Shown: positions 55,605 to 64,000 of the stretch, in pieces
Layout of the letters: each line of letters begins with the position of its first letter
Position numbering within the stretch: the first letter of the stretch is position 1
NCBI GenBank assembly: GCA_964638515.1
Contig: CAZWZL010000005.1
Coordinates: 8,809 to 72,808, forward strand
DNA: 64,000 nucleotides
Reading direction: 5' to 3'
From: an uncultured Phycisphaeraceae bacterium
Lineage (GTDB): Bacteria; Planctomycetota; Phycisphaerae; Phycisphaerales; UBA1924
Translations under genes and position numbers: made by a program
The notes under the pieces: generated by a model
Database searches by the model: none
Seen by the model: only the letters and a program-made list of their open reading frames with translations
What the model was told of the DNA's origin: nothing

Positions 55605-56270
55605 TCAGAACGGGAATTGCACACCCGCGTACACGAAGGCGCCGTCCCGGCCCGGATTGCGCATCTCGCCCTCGATGCGCGCGTTGGAGATGTGATGCCA
55701 GCGGAAACCGACGATCAGACGATTGTCGGAGTCTCCCAGACGGTGAGTAAACCCGACGCCGGCCTTCGGCGTGAAATTGAATCCAGTGCCGCCCGGAGGG
55801 ACGTTCTCCGTCGTGCCGAGCAACCCCGCCCCCGCTTCGCCGAAGATGGTCCAGTCATCTCGCTCGCCGAACGTCAGAAAGTGCCAGCGGAACAACAGGC
55901 TGGCGTTAGCGCCCGCCGCGTCCTGGCCGTCCTGATTGAAGTACCAGCCGCCCAACTCGATCAGCAGTTCGAATCGCGTCGCCACGAACGTCGAGAACGT
56001 GAAGGCGACGTTGGCATCATTCGAGTCACCGGGCCCGGAAATTGAACGGGCATAGCCGGCCGTGACGCTGCCCCACCACGGACCAGGCTGGCCCCACACC
56101 AGCGTTTCCGTCTCGCTTGTTGGCTCCCCCGCTTCGTCCACCTGGGCTTTCGGCGCCTTCACCGAGGCGACCTGCGTCTTGCCCGCGATCGAGTCAAAGT
56201 GCAGTTCGCCGGCGAACGATGTCGCGCACGCCAAGGCCAGTCCCAACGAAGAAAGCCGAGCGGTCATCAT
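55605..56270 (-). CDS. Outer-membrane acyloxyacyl hydrolase / lipid A 3-O-deacylase (PagL-like) beta-barrel
   Basis: 221 aa. Signal peptide MMTARLSSLGLALACATSFA, alternating beta-strands, RWHHISNARI (H-x-S-N catalytic motif) and C-terminal YAGVQFPF. Confidence 0.6.
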   Translation of the reverse strand: MMTARLSSLGLALACATSFAGELHFDSIAGKTQVASVKAPKAQVDEAGEPTSETETLVWGQPGPWWGSVTAGYARSISGPGDSNDANVAFTFSTFVATRFELLIELGGWYFNQDGQDAAGANASLLFRWHFLTFGERDDWTIFGEAGAGLLGTTENVPPGGTGFNFTPKAGVGFTHRLGDSDNRLIVGFRWHHISNARIEGEMRNPGRDGAFVYAGVQFPF

Positions 56271-56335
56271 GGGCGGGGAGGGTATCGGGAGCCGGGTGGT
56301 TCGTCACCCGCCCCCCACCCTGCTACGGTGGCATT

Positions 56336-56575
56336 GTGGATGAGTGGCGTACGCGGCTGGAGCGCATCGAGGAAGTCGTTTCGCACATCGACCGCGCCGT
56401 CGAGGAGCTGAGCGGACAGGTCCGCGCCGCGCACCGGCAAACCGCATCGCTCGCCGACCGGCTCGCGCGTCTCGAGCGCCGGCTGGGCGTCGTCGAAGCC
56501 GAGTGGGACCGAAAAAACGCCCCGCCCCGCGACGTGGAAAGCGACGAGGACATTGATCCCGACATCCAGCCCTAG
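56336..56575 (+). CDS. SlyX-like coiled-coil protein
   Basis: GTG 56336: VDEWRTRLERIEEVVSHIDRAVEELSGQVRAAHRQTASLADRLARLERRL, followed by an acidic tail. It resembles the SlyX pattern RL..LE......IEELN..V. The rest of track ORF 56117.. is antisense to the PagL-like gene. Confidence 0.45.
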   Translation: MDEWRTRLERIEEVVSHIDRAVEELSGQVRAAHRQTASLADRLARLERRLGVVEAEWDRKNAPPRDVESDEDIDPDIQP

Positions 56576-57495
56576 CTCGCCCGGATGCGCGGGTCTACCA
56601 CGCGATACAGCACATCCACCAGCAGGTTCATCACGAGCAGGATGGTCGCATAGACCAGCACCACGCCCATGATGAGGAACAGGTCCTTGTTCAGCACCGC
56701 GCTGACGAAATGTTGGCCGATCCCCGGCACATTGAAGATCCGCTCCACCACGAACGATCCCGTCATGGCCGCCGCTGCCGCGGGCCCGAGATACGAGAGC
56801 ACCGGCAGGAACGCGTTGGGCAAAGCGTGGCGCACGAGAACCCCGCGCTCCGACACGCCCTTCGCGCGAGCCGTACGCACAAAGTCAGACCGCATGGCTT
56901 CGATCATGCCCGAGCGCGTGAGCCGCGCGATGTACGCCGCGAACGGCAGACTCAGCGTGAACGCGGGCAGCAGCAAGTCCCCGACACCCCCCCACCCGCC
57001 CACGCGCCCCACACCCAGCCACACGGGAAAGAGCAGCAGCAACGCCGCGCCGGCCACAAAGGTCGGCAGCGAGATCCCCACCAGCGCCAACGCCAATGTC
57101 ATGACGTCAAGCGCGCTCCCCGGACGAGCCGCGCCGAGCACTCCCGCGCCCACGCCCACGATCAATGCCAAGCCGACCGCCGCCAGGCCGAGCGCGATCG
57201 ACACCGGCAGCGCCCCGCCGATGATCTCGCCCACCGACCAGTCCGGATACCGAAGCGACGGTCCGAAGTCGCCCTTGGTCACCAGCCGCGCGAGATAGCC
57301 GCCGTAGAAGGCCCACCGGTTGTCGAGGTCGTACCGGGCCTCCATCGCCGCGATCACTTCCGGCGGCGGCGCACGCTGCTCGTCCTGCAGAACGGCGCTT
57401 CCCGGCAACGCCCAAGCGAGCGCGAACGTGACCGAGTAAATCACCAGCAGCACGAGCGGAAGCAGCGCCAACCGTCTCAGGACCAGACGCATCAT
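56572..57495 (-). CDS. ABC transporter permease, OppB/DppB type
   Basis: 307 aa. N-terminal LRRLALLPLVLLVIYSVTFAL. EAA-loop region SDFVRTARAKGVSERGVLVRHALPNA. C-terminal VDPRIR. Confidence 0.9.
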   Translation of the reverse strand: MMRLVLRRLALLPLVLLVIYSVTFALAWALPGSAVLQDEQRAPPPEVIAAMEARYDLDNRWAFYGGYLARLVTKGDFGPSLRYPDWSVGEIIGGALPVSIALGLAAVGLALIVGVGAGVLGAARPGSALDVMTLALALVGISLPTFVAGAALLLLFPVWLGVGRVGGWGGVGDLLLPAFTLSLPFAAYIARLTRSGMIEAMRSDFVRTARAKGVSERGVLVRHALPNAFLPVLSYLGPAAAAAMTGSFVVERIFNVPGIGQHFVSAVLNKDLFLIMGVVLVYATILLVMNLLVDVLYRVVDPRIRAS

Positions 57496-59279
57496 GGGCC
57501 ATCCCCTCTCGGCTCGATCAAATGCAGAAACTGCACCATCCGAGGGTGAGACGTCACGCCTCCCACGCGCGCCGGGTCATACTGATAGAACTGCCGGTAC
57601 ACCCAGATCGGAATGATCGGAGCCTCATCCAGCGACAACTGCTCGGCCTGTTCGAGCAGCGCCAACCGATGTTGCGGGTCCGACTCAACGCTCGCCCGCT
57701 CCAGCAACGCGTCGAATCTCGCATCGGAAAAACCGCGATCGTTGTTGCCGTCCCCCGTAAAATGCACGTTCAGAAAGCTCGTCGGATCGGCGTAATCGCC
57801 GAACCACCCGCCCCGCGCCACCATGTAGTCCCGACGCTTCAAATCATCCCGATACGTCTTGGTCTCCTTTACCACGATGCTCGTGCGCACGCCCAGCGTT
57901 TTTTCCCACATCGCCGCCATCGCTTGCGCAATCAGCACGTGATACGAGCCCGTCGACGCCAGCAACGTCACCACAGGGAAAGACTCGCCCCGCTCGTTTC
58001 GCAGGCCCCCACTCGATTCCCGCCCAGACCACCCGGCGCGCGACAACTCCGCCTTGGCCGCGACCGGATCAAAGCCAAGCCCCGTGACCGAATAATCCTC
58101 GTCGTACCCTCGGATTGAGCCCCGAGGCACAAACGTCTCCGCCTCGCGCTCACCCACACGACGCAGGTCCGACACGATTGCCCGCTTATCCACGGCCAGG
58201 GCAAACGCCCGCCGCACCCGCGCATCCGCGAACGGATTCATCCGCCCCCCCGACAGCGTCGGCGTGCAGTTGAACGACCAGAAATACGTGCCGAACCGAT
58301 CAAACCCGTGAATCGTCGATCGATCCAAACCAGCGCCCTCGGCCAGCAGGTCGGGCAGGTACTCCGCGTGCACATCCGTGATCCAGTCCGCCGCGCCGGT
58401 CCGAAACGCGAGCGCTCGTGTGTTCGGGTCCTCGATGACCCGCGCCTCCACAGACGCCGCCCGCACGCTCTCGGCGTTCCAATACAGTGAGTTTCGCTCG
58501 AACCGCATGTCCCGCTTGAATCGCCACGACACCAGTCGATAAGGACCGTTGGAAACGAGCAACGGCGGTTTCGTCCACGAGTGATCCTGCTCCAGACGCC
58601 CCGTGCCGGCGTCCAGCCTCGACCACCGGTCGACCGTCGGCGGATGCGCCGGGAACGTCGGCACAAACGCGAGCAGGTCGAGCAGGTACGGCAGAGGCCG
58701 CTCGAGCTCGATCACCAGCGTGAGATCATCCGGCGCACGAACCCCCACCTGCTCGTTGAACCGCGCCGTCGTCTCTGCCCACAACGCTCGCGCGCGATCC
58801 TCGGTTCGCTCCGATGCCGCACGGGCCGCATACGCGCGCAGCGCGCCCAAGCGCCAGTCAAAGAACGACTTCGCTCCACGCACCGCAAACAGGATCTTCG
58901 CGTAATCCCCCGCCGTGTCCGGCAAGAGCCCTCGCCGCCACGAGTGCACGAAGTCCCCGGCCACGACGCGGTCCCCATTTGACCAGCGCGCCGCGTCCCG
59001 CAAATGGAACGTGTACGTCAGCCCCCGATCGTCCACCTCCCATCGCTCGGCCACTCCCGGCAATACGTCAAACGTCTCGGGGTCCCAACGCACCAATCCC
59101 TCGAACAGCGCGTTCCCGAAACGAATGTCCTGCTCGTACGCGATCCGCTGCGGATCCAACGTGAACGCCGGCGACGCATCCACGTAGGTGAGGTCCGCCG
59201 GTGGCATCGCGCGGTCCGATCGCACGGCCACGACCACCAGCAGCGCCACAACGACCGCGGGCAAGCCCAATCGGAGCAT
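57492..59279 (-). CDS. ABC transporter substrate-binding protein, family 5 (peptide/nickel OppA/DppA-like)
   Basis: 595 aa. N-terminal anchor MLRLGLPAVVVALLVVVAV. LVRWDPETFDVLPGVAERWEV..D..TYTFHLR is typical of SBP_bac_5. ATGA overlap with the permease. Confidence 0.85.
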   Translation of the reverse strand: MLRLGLPAVVVALLVVVAVRSDRAMPPADLTYVDASPAFTLDPQRIAYEQDIRFGNALFEGLVRWDPETFDVLPGVAERWEVDDRGLTYTFHLRDAARWSNGDRVVAGDFVHSWRRGLLPDTAGDYAKILFAVRGAKSFFDWRLGALRAYAARAASERTEDRARALWAETTARFNEQVGVRAPDDLTLVIELERPLPYLLDLLAFVPTFPAHPPTVDRWSRLDAGTGRLEQDHSWTKPPLLVSNGPYRLVSWRFKRDMRFERNSLYWNAESVRAASVEARVIEDPNTRALAFRTGAADWITDVHAEYLPDLLAEGAGLDRSTIHGFDRFGTYFWSFNCTPTLSGGRMNPFADARVRRAFALAVDKRAIVSDLRRVGEREAETFVPRGSIRGYDEDYSVTGLGFDPVAAKAELSRAGWSGRESSGGLRNERGESFPVVTLLASTGSYHVLIAQAMAAMWEKTLGVRTSIVVKETKTYRDDLKRRDYMVARGGWFGDYADPTSFLNVHFTGDGNNDRGFSDARFDALLERASVESDPQHRLALLEQAEQLSLDEAPIIPIWVYRQFYQYDPARVGGVTSHPRMVQFLHLIEPRGDGP

Positions 59280-59320
59280 GCGGAGAGACTACCCCCCTTC
59301 CCCTCCCACCGTCGCCGTGT

Positions 59321-60415
59321 TCAGTTCGACGCCTCAAACCGGCTCGCCGGGATCGAATACGGCGGCTTTGTGAGCCGCCCCGACGCCCCCGTCCAACGGT
59401 CGATCTCGCCGCCGATCCGCGCGACATCCCGACGCTCCCACGCCGATTTGATCGTCTGCTCACCCTGCTGCTGCCCCGTCAACGCCAGGTGTGTGAAGAT
59501 CAGGGCGCCCTCGGCATCCGCGGCCAGCGCCCCGAGCGCCGTCCACTCCGCCTCCGAGCCCGCGCTCACCGCCCCGCCCAAACGCCGCTTGGCATGCGCG
59601 AGCAAAGAACCACACATCTCTGCCGATGACTTCGCAAACGCCTCATCGGGCTTGCCCGTGCGCATCTGCTCGAGCAACGAACTCTGGATCGTCTTGACCG
59701 CCCGCTGAAACGCCCCGGCCCAAGCGCTCGCTTCGCCCGATCGACCGGCGCGCCCAAACGTCCGGGCCTGCTCGCTTACCGACAACGCCATGGCGCCCAA
59801 CGCCGCCAACCGCCCCCCCGCCGGCGTCGCATCCAGCGCCGCGATCAGCCCCTCCACGACCGGCGCCTCGGGCTCCGTCGACAGCGTTGTGGCCAACACG
59901 CCGACAAGGTCCTTGATCTGCGTGTCCGTCAACGCCGCATTCCGCTGCCCGGCCTGCGTAAAGGCCTCGCGCGCCGCAAACGCGCTCCCATATCGCACCG
60001 ATGCCCGGGCATCCCCCAACCCCGCTCGAACCGCATCCAGCGTTGCGGGCGAAGCCAACGCCCCGGCCACCCGAATCGCATTGAATGCCACCCGATCGTC
60101 CGCATGCCGATACAACGCCGTCAACGCCGGCGAAAGCGCCTCCGAATACGCAAGCCGGAACGCCACCGAGGCTTTGCCTGCCGCCGGCTCCAGAAGCCGC
60201 TCCCGCGCTTGCTGCGCGACCCGTACGTCATCCGACGTCAGCCCACCCACGTGCTCCCCGACATACGCCTGAATCGCCGACGTATCCGCGCTCGTCATCT
60301 GCGGACGAGATCGAATCTCGCCCGGCAGTTCGGCCGCCGAGGCGCCGACGCACACCAATGCCGCCACCAGCAGCATCAACCCCCGGCACGCCGGACGAAT
60401 GGAAATCTGGCTCAT
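59321..60415 (-). CDS. Secreted Ala-rich helical-repeat (HEAT/ARM-like?) hypothetical protein
   Basis: From ATG 60415: MSQISIRPACRGLMLLVAALVCVGASAAE (signal peptide), then 340 aa of predicted helices. The upstream 196 codons of the track ORF are Arg/Pro-rich junk overlapping plus-strand genes. Confidence 0.55.
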   Translation of the reverse strand: MSQISIRPACRGLMLLVAALVCVGASAAELPGEIRSRPQMTSADTSAIQAYVGEHVGGLTSDDVRVAQQARERLLEPAAGKASVAFRLAYSEALSPALTALYRHADDRVAFNAIRVAGALASPATLDAVRAGLGDARASVRYGSAFAAREAFTQAGQRNAALTDTQIKDLVGVLATTLSTEPEAPVVEGLIAALDATPAGGRLAALGAMALSVSEQARTFGRAGRSGEASAWAGAFQRAVKTIQSSLLEQMRTGKPDEAFAKSSAEMCGSLLAHAKRRLGGAVSAGSEAEWTALGALAADAEGALIFTHLALTGQQQGEQTIKSAWERRDVARIGGEIDRWTGASGRLTKPPYSIPASRFEASN

Positions 60416-60614
60416 GAGGCGTTCACCCGTGTGCGCATGGTTGGATTGGACCCGAGATTCGGGCCGGTTCGGACGGTAGCAGTGCCCCACCACAGCGTCA
60501 ATGATTCGCGCTGGGCGCATCTCTCGTCCCCGAGTATTCTCCTCGTGGCCTCGGTCGCGGCTCCCCAACGGACCCGACACCCGAGCGCCCACCCGCACGG
60601 AGGCGTCAAACCGG

Positions 60615-60929
60615 ATGGTGCATCGGGCAAATCTGGCCGCGCTGCTGCTCATGGGAACGCTCTGGGCCGGCCTCCTTGTCATCTCCGGATCCATGATCGG
60701 GCTCTCCGCCAGCACCGTCCTCCCCGGAGCCCGGGGGCCGGCAAGTTTGTTCGGTATCACGATCGTGGCGGCAGGTGAGTACGTATTCCTCGTGGTGGTG
60801 GCTTCAAGGATCTTCCCCAAAGCCTCCAGCCGGCTGCTCGCGGGAACCGAGTTGTTCCTGGCCAGCGTGATGTTCGTGTTCTTGGTGGCCGCGGCAGCCG
60901 TCGCGATCGTGGCCGGAGCAAACGCGTGA
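60615..60929 (+). CDS. Small integral membrane protein (3-4 TM helices)
   Basis: From ATG 60615: MVHRANLAALLLMGTLWAGLLVISGSMIGL... Its stop overlaps the GTG start of the next gene (GTGA). Confidence 0.5.
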   Translation: MVHRANLAALLLMGTLWAGLLVISGSMIGLSASTVLPGARGPASLFGITIVAAGEYVFLVVVASRIFPKASSRLLAGTELFLASVMFVFLVAAAAVAIVAGANA

Positions 60930-63400
60930 AAAACGTCCCCAGCGTTCTCATCCTCGCTCTTACCCTCGTGCTGACCGCGATCACTCAGCCCGCGCGAGCG
61001 CAATCAGCCACGCCCGACCGATTCTCCGCCGAGCGGGCCCGCGTCCGCCAGCTCGCCTCCGAGCAGCTCGCGCGAGCCGCCATGCTCCGACTGCGCCATA
61101 CCGCCGACCCGCAGGACCGCGACTTTGCCATAGTCGCGCTCGCCTGCGAACTGGCTCAGAACATCAACCCCGGAGTCGGCGAGTTCATCCGCCGACGCAT
61201 CGACGCCTGGCACGAGGCCGGCAACAACGAGGAGATCCTCCGCGCCACCCAGGAACTCCTGGCGATCGACCCCGCGGACACCGTCGCCCTCCTGCGCCTC
61301 ACCTCCGCCCGCATCTCGCGCGTCCAGCGCGCCGAAGACCGACTCGTGATGTACGACCGGCTGATCGGCAAGGAGGGCGAGTCCATTCCCGCCTCCGTCC
61401 GAAGCCGGCTCGCGCTCGACGCCGCCCTCCTCGCCCGCGAACGAGGCGACGAGGAAGGCTTCTCGCGACGCCTCGCACGCGCCACCAGCCTCGACCCCGC
61501 CAACAAGGACGCCGCCGTCCTCGCCTCCGAAACCGTTCTCGCCGTTTCTCAAGACCCGATCGCCCGCGCCGAGGTCCTGCTCAACGTCGTCATGGCCGAC
61601 CCGCTCGACCCCGCGGCGCACTACCGCTTTGCGCGCGAACTCCGCGAGCAGGGCGCCTTCACCGCCGCGTTCCGATTCCAATCCATCGCCGAACGCCTCT
61701 ACTCGCAGTCCGGAGCCTCGGCCTCCCTCGATAACTCCATCGAGTCGATCATCGGGCAGTGGCAACTCCGAGGCGCCGATGCCATCCTCGAACTGATCCA
61801 GGCCATCGAGGGAAGCGCTCGCGAAACAAGGCGCCAGCAGATCGCCTACGCCCAGTCGATGAACGTCGATCCGGGCCCGCCCCTCGAGCAGTTTCGCCTC
61901 GAGCCCCGATTGGAAATCGTCCGCCTGGGAGCCAACCTCGCGCTGGCGCGCCGGGAGAGCGCCGAAGCCTCGCTCCGAGCCATCGTGGCCGAACTCGAAG
62001 CACAGATCAACCGCCTCGAAAACCCGCCCGAGGGCTTCGAGAAAACCGATGACGAAGTCATCGCCCAGCGACGTCGGGAGAACCGCGCCACGGGAGTCAT
62101 CGCTCGACTCTGGTGCGGCGCCGACACGGAAGCGGCCCAGTCCGAAATCACCGCGCTCAAGGAAGAACAAGCGCTCACCGGCGCCGCGCTGCAGCGCTTC
62201 GAAGGCCTGCTCGCGATGCGCACCGGAAACCTCTCCGGAGCCCTCGAGCTTCTTGAGCCTCTCGCCCCCACCGACGTGCAGGCCGCGGTCGGGCTCGCCG
62301 AGGCCTATCTTCTGGGCGGCGATCGCTCCAAGGCCATCAGCACGTTTGCCCGCATCGCGCTCGAACACCGAGGCTCGCTGCCCGGCGCCTACGCCCGGAC
62401 ACGCATCGAAACGCTCCTCAACGAGAAACTACAACCCACTTCCGAAGCGCGACAACTCGAGGAGTACTGCGCGCGACTTCCCGCATGGCTCGACGAGATG
62501 GCCTCATCAGCACGCTCGTTCGTCTTCGTCACCGCAAGCCACAACACCGATCGCTCCACGGCCGTCGACTCCCAATGGCTCAGGGTCAGCCTCAAGAACC
62601 TTGGACGCCTCCCGCTCGCGCTCGGGCCCGGACGAGCGATCTCTTCACGACTGCTCCTGACACCGGCTCTCACCGTGCAGGGCATCGCGCCCCCCACCAC
62701 CGGCGTCAAGCCCGAAATCGTCGAGCTCGACCGCAGGCTCACGCTCAAACCCGGCGAAAGCGTCGACGCAGACGTGTGGGTCGGCCACGGACAGGTCGGC
62801 GCGTTCCTGGACAACCTCGCGCCCTCCTACACACTCCGCTGGCAGGTCACGCAGAACTTCATCGTCAATCGCGAAGGCGGCTTCACGGCAGGGCCCCTCA
62901 GCGTCACGACCGACAGCGGCATCCGAACCCGATCCGCCATCGGTCTCTCCGGCGACTCCGTGGACGCCGTGGCCTCAGCCCTCCCGAGCATCCAGGGCGA
63001 CCCGCTCCTGGAAACGATGTTCTTCGCGCGCTCCCTGGCCATCACCGCCGACTCCCTCGATCCGCCCGACGCGGCAGCCCGTGCGGAAGCCGCGAGCCTC
63101 GCCGCGGCGCTGGCAAACCGATTCTCCTCGTACACGGAAGGCGAGCGAATGCTCGCCGTGCTCATCCTCGCCCCGGCCTTCCAGAATTGGGAGTTCCCGC
63201 TCGACGAAGCGGCATCGAAAGACCCCTCCGCGTACGTGCGCCTCGCCTGGCTCCTTGCAAGAGCGCCCGAGCCGACCCACGCTGCCTACGCCGCGACAAT
63301 CGAAAATCCTGATCCCGCGCAGCCGAGAACGGCCGAGATCGCCCGCCTGCTCCGCGACGCGCGCGCCTCACGCGCCGCCGACGCAACGCCGACCAAATAA
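60926..63400 (+). CDS. Large secreted hypothetical protein (TPR-like N-terminal helices, beta-rich middle, helical C-terminus)
   Basis: 824 aa. Signal peptide MKNVPSVLILALTLVLTAITQPARAQ. Consistent G/C third-position bias throughout. No catalytic motif recognised. Confidence 0.65.
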   Translation: MKNVPSVLILALTLVLTAITQPARAQSATPDRFSAERARVRQLASEQLARAAMLRLRHTADPQDRDFAIVALACELAQNINPGVGEFIRRRIDAWHEAGNNEEILRATQELLAIDPADTVALLRLTSARISRVQRAEDRLVMYDRLIGKEGESIPASVRSRLALDAALLARERGDEEGFSRRLARATSLDPANKDAAVLASETVLAVSQDPIARAEVLLNVVMADPLDPAAHYRFARELREQGAFTAAFRFQSIAERLYSQSGASASLDNSIESIIGQWQLRGADAILELIQAIEGSARETRRQQIAYAQSMNVDPGPPLEQFRLEPRLEIVRLGANLALARRESAEASLRAIVAELEAQINRLENPPEGFEKTDDEVIAQRRRENRATGVIARLWCGADTEAAQSEITALKEEQALTGAALQRFEGLLAMRTGNLSGALELLEPLAPTDVQAAVGLAEAYLLGGDRSKAISTFARIALEHRGSLPGAYARTRIETLLNEKLQPTSEARQLEEYCARLPAWLDEMASSARSFVFVTASHNTDRSTAVDSQWLRVSLKNLGRLPLALGPGRAISSRLLLTPALTVQGIAPPTTGVKPEIVELDRRLTLKPGESVDADVWVGHGQVGAFLDNLAPSYTLRWQVTQNFIVNREGGFTAGPLSVTTDSGIRTRSAIGLSGDSVDAVASALPSIQGDPLLETMFFARSLAITADSLDPPDAAARAEAASLAAALANRFSSYTEGERMLAVLILAPAFQNWEFPLDEAASKDPSAYVRLAWLLARAPEPTHAAYAATIENPDPAQPRTAEIARLLRDARASRAADATPTK

Positions 63401-63558
63401 CCCTAACTCCGCTCGCCCATAACGCGATTCCGTTCATCCTCCTCGCGCCGGTTGTGCGGCCGCGAGATTCCTGCGCTCGTCACGCCTCGCTGGCAATCCT
63501 CGCCGCCGTTTCGAATGCTTCCTTTGTGGGATTCATCGTGAGTCCCCGAGGAGGCCCA

Positions 63559-63909
63559 ATGAGCCCGCTTTCGAGCGCCACAGCAGCAAGCAGCAGTTCG
63601 CACGAACCCGCACGCGCGCCCCCGATCCGCTCCGAGGAACTCTTCGCGCCGCCCAAACCGCTCGGAGAAGCCCCGTCCTCCTCCGAGGTGCTCGCTGAGG
63701 TGGCCCAACGGTCCCAGTCCTTTCCCCCGTCGAGCGACTCGCTCACCCTCAGCGCCGCGGCCGCGCGATACTCCCTCACCAGCCTCGAGTCCGCCAAGGA
63801 AATCGCCAAGGAAATCCGCGACACCGTCCAATCCTCGGAAGCGGATGACGCCGTAGCCGTGGCGTCAGGAGCACGCCACATCGAAATCGCCGACACCTTG
63901 CTCGGATAA
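63559..63909 (+). CDS. Small Ser/Ala-rich protein, possibly anti-sigma-28 FlgM-like
   Basis: ATG 63559 follows GAGGAGG. MSPLSSATAASSSS...SSDSLTLSAAAARY...AKEIAKEIRDTV...IEIADTLLG loosely resembles the FlgM layout: disordered N-terminus, DSV-LS element, then a helical I..I..G.Y....IAD.LL tail. Confidence 0.35.
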   Translation: MSPLSSATAASSSSHEPARAPPIRSEELFAPPKPLGEAPSSSEVLAEVAQRSQSFPPSSDSLTLSAAAARYSLTSLESAKEIAKEIRDTVQSSEADDAVAVASGARHIEIADTLLG

Positions 63910-64000
63910 GGGAGGGCGGAGCCCCCCCGACGGCTGCGCCGGGCCGTCAAGCCCGTGGACCAGCGCCCGCGAACGGCGCGCGGGCTCGGCTCGCGCAGCC

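Noticed and set aside
61004-62368. 454-aa minus-strand ORF
   Set aside because: Antisense to the 824-aa secreted protein gene, with Gly/Glu/Arg-rich mirror-frame composition.

Overview
Very GC-rich bacterial chromosomal DNA; third codon positions are almost all G/C. As a result, most long ORFs in the six-frame track are Arg/Pro/Gly-rich mirror-frame artefacts or artificial N-terminal extensions. Dockerin-like repeats, CxxCGYDL..CPECG membrane proteins and many Ala-rich secreted hypotheticals suggest a Planctomycetota/Phycisphaerae-like organism; this is inference only.

I resolve about 55 genes, densely packed and often translationally coupled through ATGA/GTGA overlaps.

(1) 1-5.9 kb: hrpA, which runs off the 5' edge and is absent from the track, a secreted S8 protease and a class-I aminotransferase.

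(2) 5.9-11.3 kb: a LysW amino-group-carrier operon, lysW-lysX-lysY-lysZ-lysK-rarD, preceded by a promoter, a Lys-codon small ORF and a hairpin that together look like an attenuator.

(3) lemA and an M48 peptidase.

(4) 13.1-23.7 kb: one long minus-strand block, argR-argC-argB-argF-argG-argH(GNAT fusion)-argJ, followed by feoA-feoB and a small membrane ORF.

(5) ABC exporter, flavoprotein and Na+/H+ antiporter.

(6) GAF-PP2C phosphatase, a secreted protein and a PhoR/PhoB-like two-component system divergent from an OprO/P-type porin.

(7) acs, an O-methyltransferase, ispD and a PilZ protein.

(8) tmRNA (ssrA, tag ANTQFALAA), a Tat-lipoprotein amidase and a four-gene operon of small genes.

(9) 45.0-51.7 kb, the most unusual locus: a 1224-aa fusion of a Maf/DUF115 glycosyltransferase, a cytidylyltransferase-like domain and a radical-SAM/SPASM-like module in which every Fe-S cysteine appears to be replaced. 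It is translationally coupled to neuA-neuB-neuC.

(10) HDOD protein, a DUF368 (PopT-like) protein with an inserted domain, galE and a PagL-like protein.

(11) An SBP plus one permease, an apparently incomplete peptide ABC importer.

(12) A trio of uncharacterised secreted/membrane proteins and a possible FlgM-like ORF.

I saw no CRISPR array, rRNA, tRNA, transposase or integrase.
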